A stretch of 64,000 nt of DNA from an uncultured virus (IMG/VR IMGVR_UViG_3300035520_000941) (IMGVR_UViG_3300035520_000941); one strand, 5' to 3'. Shown: positions 40,113-48,421, counted from the first letter of the stretch. Program-made: numbers and translations. Notes: generated from the letters alone by a model not told the origin.

Positions 40113-40766
40113 ATGAATGAAAATCAAGAATGGAAAAAGATTAATGGTAAAGACTTTGGATTATTTTTAGGGGATAATGAATACTTTATTTCTAATAATG
40201 GTGATGTATGGAGTGAAAAAAGCCAAAGAATATTAAAAAGAAGTATGAACAATAACAAACAAACTGTAGCAATCACAACAAAGAACGGGAAATATACAGA
40301 AACAAAACATTTATATGTTCATATATTATTGTATTTCTACTTTGTAGAAAAATATGACAAAAGCAAATATTCTATAGGCTTTAAAGATAATGATAGTCAA
40401 AACGTCACTATAGAAAACCTAATCAAAGAAGAAAAATACAGTGGTAGCAAGGAAACAGAAAGAAGAAACAAAATAAGCCTTGCAAATACTGGCAAAAAAA
40501 GAACAAAAAGACAAAAAAGATATATGAGCAAGAGAAAAAAAGAAACAATCACCCAAGAAACAAGAGATAAGATATCTCAATCAAGAATGGGTGCAAACAA
40601 TCCAAAGGCAAAGAAAGTTATAAAAAAGGATTTAAAAGGTAAGATTGTAGAAATCTATGATACTTGTAGAATTGCTGAAGATATGAACAACTTTGCTAGA
40701 AACACATTATCTTCAAAATGTAGAATGAATGCTCAATATAAAGGGTTTATATGGAGTTATAAATAA
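40113..40766 (+). CDS. NUMOD4/degenerate HNH/NUMOD3 homing-endonuclease-like protein
   Basis: EWKKI..Y.ISNNG.V.S, FKDNDSQNVTIENL, ETRDKISQSRMG repeats. Confidence 0.7.
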   Translation: MNENQEWKKINGKDFGLFLGDNEYFISNNGDVWSEKSQRILKRSMNNNKQTVAITTKNGKYTETKHLYVHILLYFYFVEKYDKSKYSIGFKDNDSQNVTIENLIKEEKYSGSKETERRNKISLANTGKKRTKRQKRYMSKRKKETITQETRDKISQSRMGANNPKAKKVIKKDLKGKIVEIYDTCRIAEDMNNFARNTLSSKCRMNAQYKGFIWSYK

Positions 40767-40904
40767 TCACCATGAAAATATTGGTGATTTTTTTATTTCT
40801 ATAGAAAATTGGCACGCAATCAAAAATACTTAGTATACTAATTATTGTAATTATCGTAAATAAAGAAAAACCCCAAATCTTTATCAAGTGCAGACATTTC
40901 TGTT
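40765..40904 (-). ncRNA. Candidate ~140-nt sRNA
   Basis: TTGTTT-17-TATAAT (40911-40939); ends at AATCACCA/TGGTGATT hairpin shared with 40113..40766. Confidence 0.35.
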
Positions 40905-40952
40905 TGCTATATTATAGTTTATATTCATAAAATAAACAAATATATCTTTAAG

Positions 40953-41022
40953 AAAATAAAAATGAGCCTTTATCGGCTCATGCGTAAGGATGATTTTCAA
41001 AAATGAAATACTTTTTTGAAAC
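40953..41022 (-). ncRNA. Candidate ~70-nt sRNA
   Basis: TTGAAT-17-TATAAT with extended TG; 5' hairpin, AAUCAUCCUUACGC linker, AUGAGCC/GGCUCAU terminator. Confidence 0.55.
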
Positions 41023-41240
41023 AAATTCATTATAGCATTTATCTATAACAAATTCAATATCATTTTTAATATAAAATAAAAAAGGGGGATAGTATTTCTA
41101 CTCGCCCTATGCCCCATTAGATAGATTTTTTGTAGATAGATTGAAAAAAGATGAAAGAAATTGAAGAACTACTGAATAATAATACTTCGATTTATAAAAC
41201 CTATCTAGGCGATAACCAAATTATGATTAAATTTTTTTAT

Positions 41241-41329
41241 TGGCGATATGCAATGGACTCGAACCATAACGACAATGAGCCGTCCCATTCCTTAGCAGGG
41301 AAGTCAAGAACCTTTCTTGTTTACATACC
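41241..41329 (-). tRNA. tRNA-Ser(GCT)
   Basis: GGTATGT/GCATATC acceptor + G-CCA, loop CT-GCT-AA, long variable arm GACGG/TTGTC, GGTTCGAGTCC T-arm. Confidence 0.9.
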
Positions 41330-41773
41330 AGATAATGGGTGCAGATTGAGGAGCATCAACAATTATAAACTATCCATCAGCAAATAGTAATAATTTAGCA
41401 CCCATTAAGTATGAGTAATGCACTTGTAGTTACAAGTAGGATAATACGCACGGCAAGAACATATTACCCTAAGACATAATAACATATATATTTTTAAAGT
41501 TGAGAAATACAAAGAAATCTTTTTCTGAATAATCGCCATACACCAACCATTACCACTATATGTAAGTTTAAGAGAAATATATGTATTTATATGTTATTAT
41601 GCTTTACGATAATATCTTTTACAATATCCTTTTACCCTAGTACCTTTGCTTGGTACACGTATATATTAACATTTTATTGTTAAATTGTCAACCATTATAA
41701 CATTAAATTGTTAATTATTTATTTTTTTAAAAAATGTATTGATATTTTTAGAAACAAGGTATACAATAGGTGA

Positions 41774-42280
41774 TGTAAAATAAAATAAAAAAAGACTAAG
41801 CAATACCAGTACTATGCTTAATCTATTAACTATTATACTTAAAATGTTATAAAAGTCAATAGAATAATTCAAATATTGGAGGAATTGCTTAAAAAAGTTA
41901 TTTCTTTTATTTTTTACTTCAAAATCTAATATAATGCTTGATGAGGGTATCTATGAAAATATGTTACTAGAATAGGCAAGTTGTGTTGTAAACCGAGGCA
42001 CATTTTCAAATTTCGGTCGTGTTCATATTCGTCATAGTGGAATTGGGATATGACATAAGGTCAAAGTGAAATCTACGTCACACCACTGAATAAGTAGGGG
42101 AGGAAATGCTTGGTATCGTGAGATACGGCGAGTCACAACGTTTAGTTTATGGGCAAGTATATTAATGTGACCCTACACTCATTCGACGACTTACTGCGAC
42201 GAAAGAGAATAAAGACCCTTTTTTCTAGGGTCTTTTTCTATCCTCTTCTCTAACTCCAACTCTGAAAGAGTTGGGGTTTT
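41774..42280 (+). ncRNA. ~500-nt structured non-coding transcript (candidate replication primer RNA)
   Basis: TTGATA-17-TACAAT promoter; GC-richer than flanks; many helices, GUGA and GAAA tetraloop hairpins; no ORF. Confidence 0.6.
41785..41826 (-). ncRNA. ~40-nt antisense countertranscript to the 5' end of the 41774 RNA
   Basis: TTGACT-16-TATAAT (41832-41859); AGATTAAGCA/TGCTTAGTCT stem + U7. Confidence 0.65.
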
Positions 42281-42455
42281 ATATTATATAATATATACAA
42301 TTAAATATATAATATGTATAATTAAATATATAATATATTACAAATAAATATATGTAAGGATACAAATTATATATATAAATATATATATTTATATTTACAT
42401 TTATAAATAAATAATATATATTTATATTAAATAAAAGAATATATATAATATAGTA
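42281..42455. other. Extremely AT-rich TA-dinucleotide tract (DUE-like)
   Basis: Only a handful of G/C in ~175 nt. Confidence 0.6.
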
Positions 42456-42512
42456 TACAAAAAAACGCAAATTTTGGTATTTACTTTTGCGAAAATGGGG
42501 GCATGGTTAAAT

Positions 42513-43112
42513 ATGAAATATTACGCTGTTATTAATGGTAGAGAAACGGGCATTTTTCTAACATGGGAAGATTGCAAAAAGCAAGTATATAAATTCCCAA
42601 ATCCTATATACAAGTCGTTTTTGACTAGGGAACAAGCAGAGGATTATATAAAAGAATATGGCAAAGATAAAACGACAATCATAAATTTGAAAGATACTTT
42701 AGTGGCATATGTTGACGGTAGTTTCAATAACAAAACTAGGGTATACGGCTATGGCTGTGTTTTGATATATAATGATGAAATAGTCGAAAAATTGAGTGGC
42801 AATGGAAACAACAAGGAATATGCAAGCATGCAGAATGTTGCAGGTGAAGTCCTAGCAAGCCTAAAAGCCACGGAATATGCTATAAAGCATGGTTATAAGT
42901 CCCTTATGATATATTATGACTACATTGGTATAGAATATTGGGTGACGGGGCAATGGAAAGCCAAAAAGCAAGGCACAATTGAGTATAAAGCCACAATGAA
43001 CGCTTATAAGAATTTCTTGAAAATAAATTTTGGAAAAATAAAGGCTCACACTGGCGATAAATATAATGAAATGGCAGATGAATTGGCAAAAATGGGTAGT
43101 GGTGTGATGTGA
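42513..43112 (+). CDS. rnhA: Ribonuclease HI with N-terminal hybrid-binding (viroplasmin-like) domain
   Basis: YYAV..GR..GIF.TW..C..QV; YVDGS, NVAGE, YYDY.GI, KAHTGDKYNEMADELAK. Confidence 0.95.
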   Translation: MKYYAVINGRETGIFLTWEDCKKQVYKFPNPIYKSFLTREQAEDYIKEYGKDKTTIINLKDTLVAYVDGSFNNKTRVYGYGCVLIYNDEIVEKLSGNGNNKEYASMQNVAGEVLASLKATEYAIKHGYKSLMIYYDYIGIEYWVTGQWKAKKQGTIEYKATMNAYKNFLKINFGKIKAHTGDKYNEMADELAKMGSGVM

Positions 43113-43522
43113 AATCACCAAAAAATGGATATTTTACGACAAAATGACGATATTTAGATAGGGTATAATTGAATTTGCCCTATTTTTTATTGCCAAAATG
43201 GGGATATCTTGATAAAAAATTAACAAGCAAGGGTGAAAATGGGCAATATTATTTTAAAATCGACTATTTTTTCTTGGATTGTAGGAAAGGCTAGGGAGCG
43301 TTCAATTAAATTGATTTTATTATATATATAATAATATATATTATTGGGTTTTGAGTTGGGGCAAAAAATACCCAAAGTGAACGTTTTTAGACAATTTGAG
43401 CCGTTTTTGAAAGTTTCCTATAATCTTAATTGCCTTATTTTGGAAAGTGGCTAGGATTGTTTGAAATTTCAATTTTCGATAGAAAAAAATATTTTAAATC
43501 CACTTTTTCCTAAAATCAACAC

Positions 43523-43671
43523 AAAAAAATATAGGAAACCAGTTTTTAGCCAGTCCCCTATATTCCACCAAAAATAGAAAAAAATTAATTGATTGTAGAA
43601 AGATGAGTTATACATAACCATTTTGCCAGTTCTTGACAATGTATTCGATAATGTAATGGTCTAACATTACC
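43523..43671 (-). ncRNA. Candidate sRNA 3 of tandem array
   Basis: TTGCTT-17-TATAAT; AATATAGGGGACTGG/CTGGTTTCCTATATT terminator. Confidence 0.55.
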
Positions 43672-43697
43672 ACTACTATTATATAATATCCCAATAT

Positions 43698-43851
43698 AAA
43701 AAGCAACACATTTTTATACGCAATTTTTTACCCCGTGTTGCTCTCTGCAAACTTATTGCCAACCAGTTACTTGTTTAGGCTCGTTCTCTCAAATTAAAAT
43801 AAAACCTTTCAAAATATTTCGCATTAGGTTCGATTGGCTCTTAATTCGCTA
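43698..43851 (-). ncRNA. Candidate sRNA 2 of tandem array
   Basis: TAGAAA-17-TATAAT with extended TG; AGCAACAC/GTGTTGCT + U-run. Confidence 0.5.
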
Positions 43852-43889
43852 TAAATTATTATACCACACCTTATCCCTATTTTCTATAT

Positions 43890-43986
43890 AAAAAAAATAC
43901 AGAGTATCTTCCGATACCCTATATTTAGCCCGTACCTCAATCAGAGTAGATTGTTCAAATCAAATGGTCGCCAACTCCATTTGATA
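43890..43986 (-). ncRNA. Candidate sRNA 1 of tandem array
   Basis: TTGAAT-17-TATAAT; ATCAAATGG/CCATTTGAT hairpin; GGAA-tetraloop terminator. Confidence 0.6.
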
Positions 43987-44251
43987 TCATATATTATAAT
44001 ATATTAGCCCTTAATATTCAATAGGATTTTTGATTTTATACAGAAAAAAATATTTTGAATTCGATTTTTGAAAAAATAAGAAAAATTGGGTGGGGAACGA
44101 TTAATGTTGGAGAGCGGTTGTCAAGAAAAATACCCCCCTTTTCAAAATTTGAAAAAATAATAAAAAATTATCATAATGATAAAAAATATTTTTATTTTTT
44201 CGAGTGTCATTGTTATACTATGAGTGTACTTTTCATTAAAGACATGTTACA

Positions 44252-44279
44252 ACTTCGTATAATATCTATTATGTGAATT
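44252..44279 (+). other. dif: dif-like XerCD recombination site
   Basis: ACTTCGTATAA-TATCTA-TTATGTGAATT; 23/28 identical to B. subtilis dif as recalled (ACTTCCTAGAA-TATATA-TTATGTAAACT). Confidence 0.85.
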
Positions 44280-44505
44280 TATTAGGGCTATGTTATAACG
44301 CTATTCATTAGAATATATATAGCGTGCCTTTATATAGGCTTTAAATAGGCTTTTTAAGGGCTTTTATAGGGTATCTTTATTAATGTAGGCATAATATAAA
44401 ACGTTGCTTATATCGTAAATATGGGGCTTTTTTAGTACCCTTATAGTAGGCTATATATAGGTATGCAATGGGGCTTATTTAGGATTATCACAAATACAAA
44501 TAAAT

Positions 44506-44524
44506 AATAATGATTATTATTATC
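44506..44524. promoter_or_regulatory. Fur-box-like site
   Basis: AATAATGATTATTATTATC, 16/19 to GATAATGATAATCATTATC; AT-rich background weakens it. Confidence 0.4.
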
Positions 44525-44541
44525 TTGAATATGGAACAATC

Positions 44542-44568
44542 TTAGCACTCACAATAACATAGTGCTAG
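44542..44568. promoter_or_regulatory. CIRCE-like HrcA operator
   Basis: TTAGCACTC-N9-TAGTGCTAG versus consensus TTAGCACTC-N9-GAGTGCTAA. Confidence 0.6.
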
Positions 44569-44616
44569 ATAGTTCGTACACGAACAATCTAATCGCGAGG
44601 GTCTGGAAGTGTCATT

Positions 44617-45310
44617 TTATCCAAAAATATATAATATATAATATATAATATATAATACATTATATAAAACAATATAAATAACTATATAATTATTATATAT
44701 ATAATAATAGTACATATAATACATATAATACATATAAGAATATATACATATATATAATATATTACTACATGTTATATATGTTGCTATATATATAGTAATA
44801 AGATACATATATACCCTATATATACATACATATTATATATAATAGTATTAAATACTATATAATAAAGTTCATTATATTACATATGAATATATCCAGATAT
44901 ATATAGAATATATATAACTCTACATATAATATAAAGCAATATATAATATAGTATGTAATACTACATAATATATATACAATTATATGCCATATATAAGCAT
45001 ATATTATATATTGGAATATTGCATATAATAATATATGTAGTAATATAACATATTATCATATATAAAATATGTCGTAAAATATAATAGTATATAAAATAGA
45101 CTATTATATAAACAAATATAATTGATTATATAATATGGTGTATTTAATCATATATTTAATTTTACAACATATATAAATAAACGATATATATTATAATGCT
45201 ATATATTCAAAAAAGCATATACATATAAAAATGGTTATACATATACTTTTTATACCTATTTAAAAAACATGATACAAATATATGAAAAGTACCATACTTT
45301 TATATATAAA
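44617..45310. other. ~700-bp TA-rich non-coding tract
   Basis: Dominated by TATA/ATAT; no credible ORF. Confidence 0.6.
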
Positions 45311-45416
45311 TACCATGCTTATATTTCAAGCGTGAATTATTTGAATAATTCAAAAGGCTTTATTTTTTGATTTTACAAGGGATATATAAAAAAGGCTCAT
45401 ATATGAGCCTTTAGGG

Positions 45417-45509
45417 TTATTTGATTTCTATAGCCAATTCAAATAAGGCAATAATCCCAAGAATTGGCAAGAACATCATAATAACCAGCATTTTAAGAAG
45501 TGAACGCAT
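45417..45509 (-). CDS. 30-aa hydrophobic peptide
   Basis: GAGGTGA RBS; MRSLLKMLVIMMFLPILGIIALFELAIEIK*; followed by terminator 45388-45412. Confidence 0.6.
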   Translation of the reverse strand: MRSLLKMLVIMMFLPILGIIALFELAIEIK

Positions 45510-46500
45510 TTAATCATCACCTCTTTCCATTTCAAAAATATAAAACATTATATCTTCAATTTTCAAAATATGTAGTTGATAGAGCAATTTAATTACTCTA
45601 TCTTTCAAAATAGCAAAATTCAAAATAACCACTTACAACATTTAATGAAGTAAATAATCTTTCTTGCATATTATTGCATAAAATTAAATTTTCATTTTTA
45701 ACTAATTCAGCATAACTAATTCTTTTAACTTTCATTTTTCCATCCTCTTCTTTCTAGCGATTTCTACCGCTTTTCTATAATACAATCTTATACTATATAC
45801 TGTATAAAGTCAACACTTTTCTAACAAATATTAAAAAAAATAATTTTTTATCACTGTGATAAAATTTTTAAACGAAAAATCACCAATTTTACCAATTTTT
45901 AGGAATTTCATAATAGATTATGTGATTTTAGGATTTTGACAAATAGTCAAAAATTCAAAAAAGCCTTATTATATCTATATTTTTTTAATTTTGTACCCTT
46001 AAAGTGGTAAAAAATCATCACATATTTTTTTCGGCTCAGACTAAAAAATGCGTATAATCGTTGTTTGGAGTTTTTAGGTATTATTTATCACGGAATAGAA
46101 AAAACGCCTTAGAACGCAAATTTAAGCTATTTAGAGCTATATTGGTATATTGCCGACTTTTTGACATTGCTTAAAATTGAAATATGGGCTATTTTTTGAA
46201 AACTACATAAAACAGAAAGGAAAACCATGATAAACAATATCAATATAACGCTATGTAGTATTGAATACTACATATAGATTTGATAGAAAATTATCACATT
46301 GATAATATTTATAAATCGTAAAAATTAAATATCACAATGCAAACAATATATCAAAGTGACTTGAAAATATCACGGCTATAAAAATATATCAATATGATAC
46401 AAACGTATCACGCTTAAAAGAATATATCACGATTATATATTTTTATTTGGATAATATTTTTTTATTACGCTAAGAAATGAAAAAAAAGACTAGATAAAAT

Positions 46501-46857
46501 CTAGTCGATTACGTACCCTCTTTTATTTAACTTATGACCTGCTTTCAAATCATTGTAGATTTGAATAATTCTTGTCTTTGAAGCTGTGATTTGAATAACA
46601 TCTCTTTCTAAATCATAATCGTGATAGAGTTCTCTTGTTTGAACCCCTAAATCATTGAAAGCATGTTTATTAGAGCATTCAATCGTATGATTACTAACTC
46701 TATAATTAACACCATTTATATTGAAATAATAACTATCATTTGTACGACTTGACTGTATCCCGTTATCAATGCAAAAATCTTCTATCTCTTTCATTTTGAT
46801 AGCAAACGCTTTTGCTTTTGATTTTGAAGGTCTATATCTATATGTCATATAATCCAC
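46501..46857 (-). CDS. Conserved hypothetical phage protein
   Basis: SYYFNINGVNYRVSNH motif. Confidence 0.75.
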   Translation of the reverse strand: MDYMTYRYRPSKSKAKAFAIKMKEIEDFCIDNGIQSSRTNDSYYFNINGVNYRVSNHTIECSNKHAFNDLGVQTRELYHDYDLERDVIQITASKTRIIQIYNDLKAGHKLNKRGYVID

Positions 46858-46867
46858 CTTATCACTA

Positions 46868-47089
46868 TTATAATAGTGCCTTTCTTAGATTTTGATTGTT
46901 CCAATCTAAATTTTTTATGTATAGAACATTATGTAAACGTTCTATAGCATACATATTTTTTTTGTTTAATGCTTGATAGAATAAGTCAATTAATCTATCA
47001 TCATCTTTGATTTTTTTACTGATTAATCCACTAATAATAACTAACCTGGCATGTTTTTGTTCAATACTCATTTCATTCCATTTTTTCAT
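46868..47089 (-). CDS. Hypothetical protein
   Basis: GAGGAGG RBS and upstream promoter 47124-47151. Confidence 0.65.
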   Translation of the reverse strand: MKKWNEMSIEQKHARLVIISGLISKKIKDDDRLIDLFYQALNKKNMYAIERLHNVLYIKNLDWNNQNLRKALL

Positions 47090-47408
47090 CTTTCAAATCC
47101 TCCTCATCTATTTCTATACTACCATTATATACTTTTTGAAGTATATTACAAGCATTTTCTTAAATTTTCATAAAATGAAAATGTAACAAGTTTTTATCAT
47201 TGTAATAATTATTTTTATCTTGCATTATATGATTGTATGTACTATCATAATAATGATGTATATTTAGGATTTGAACAATCCAAACAAAATTTATAGTACT
47301 ATGTTATATAGTTTCCAATACAATATTATGTAGTTTTGAATACTACATAAAATGTTAATGGATACTACATCATGGAACATCAACACCACATAAAGTGGTA
47401 TCGAAAAC

Positions 47409-47629
47409 CCGTGGAAGTAGTTACAAGTACCGTGGCATGAGTTACAAGCAGTGGGGGAAGTTACAAGCAGTGGGGGAAGTTACAAGCAGTGGGGGAAGTT
47501 ACAACTCTATAGGCATGCGAAAAGTGAAAGGAAATGTTGCAAGCCCATAGGGAGCGAGAGAGTGAAAGGAAATGTTGCAATTCTGCCGTACAAAATGTTG
47601 CAACTTGTACTTTACAAATGAGTTGCAAG
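47409..47629 (+). repeat. Iteron-like array with GTTRCAA core (9 copies)
   Basis: 3 x AGTTACAAGCAGTGGGGGA (47440-47496), 2 x AGTGAAAGGAAATGTTGCAA, further single cores. Confidence 0.85.
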
Positions 47630-47728
47630 TGATATAATAGGGAGTGCATGGAATGGACAAAATAGGCGAAAACCTATCACACATGCAATATCATCATGGA
47701 AAAAGAGCCTAAATTTATAGACTCTTTT

Positions 47729-47968
47729 TTATTTCTTTTTCTTTTTTGATTTTCCACCTCTTAAGGCATTCTTGATTGTTCCTTGCTTATTGCCAGATTT
47801 ATCAAGTTTTTCCAAAATATCCTTGTCGGTTTTCTTGTTCAATTTTAATCGAACAGATGTAGTGTTTTTTCGGTCATACTTTTCAACAGTATCTCGGTGT
47901 TTTTTGGTAGTCTTATAACCACCACCTTTCTTATTATTTGTGCTTTCATTAGTGCTTTTCTTAGACAT
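47729..47968 (-). CDS. Small basic ribbon-helix-helix-like DNA-binding protein
   Basis: KYDRKNTTSVRLKLNKKTDKDILEKLDKSGNKQGTIKNALR (strand-helix-helix pattern). Confidence 0.65.
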   Translation of the reverse strand: MSKKSTNESTNNKKGGGYKTTKKHRDTVEKYDRKNTTSVRLKLNKKTDKDILEKLDKSGNKQGTIKNALRGGKSKKKKK

Positions 47969-48030
47969 AAAAATTCAATCCTTTCTTTTTAAATTTTCTA
48001 ATTTTCAAAATCATAAATAGTGAAAATATA

Positions 48031-48156
48031 TAAGTATCACTTACGACCAGTATTTGACACGATTATATAAGTATCACTTACAATCACTCTATAACACATA
48101 CATGCGTAAGTATCACTTACTTTTTTAACACGCATGCACACATAAGTATCACTTAC
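48031..48156. repeat. Four exact copies of 14-bp TAAGTATCACTTAC
   Basis: Starts 48031, 48068, 48107, 48143; quasi-palindrome TAAGT-ATC-ACTTA. Confidence 0.9.
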
Positions 48157-48421
48157 ATTTTGTGCGATATAAAGCGATTTATTTATAAATAAAGCATAAC
48201 ACAATCTGGTTTTAAATTAAATAAAAAAGAGCAATAAATGAATATTGCCCTATTAAAATATATAAACCATAGAATAATGTCATATATGCCCTTAAAATGC
48301 GTTTTTAAAGCGTTTCAAGACACTTTGTAATATATCTTGAATAAATTATAGCATACTTATAAATATTCGTTAGAACGCAAATTTAAAGCAAATAACATTA
48401 TACATATTAAAACTCTTTGTT

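Noticed and set aside
41151..41387. 78-aa plus-strand ORF
   Set aside because: Overlaps tRNA-Ser on the opposite strand; likely a shadow ORF
41888..41929. Leader peptide MLKKVISFIFYFKI after GGAGG
   Set aside because: Only 2 nt between SD and TTG; the segment is better explained by RNA pairing
42279..42470. Ile/Tyr-rich ORFs here and at 44617-44808
   Set aside because: Translations of TA-dinucleotide tracts with no RBS
44572..44585. LexA (SOS) box
   Set aside because: Arms are in the opposite order (GTTCG-N4-CGAAC) to the Firmicutes CGAAC-N4-GTTCG box; kept only as an unassigned palindrome
44618..44626. DnaA-box cluster
   Set aside because: Only isolated one-mismatch TTATCCAAA copies, expected by chance
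47440..47505. 19-bp repeats as CRISPR, or ORFs 47461-47649 and 47499-47684 as genes
   Set aside because: Tandem repeats with no spacers; the ORFs are by-products of the repeats and lack an RBS
48031..48156. Repeat-spacer pattern as a mini CRISPR array
   Set aside because: 14-bp repeats and 22-25-bp spacers are too short, spacers share sequence (AACAC..ATGC), and no cas genes are present; an operator array fits better
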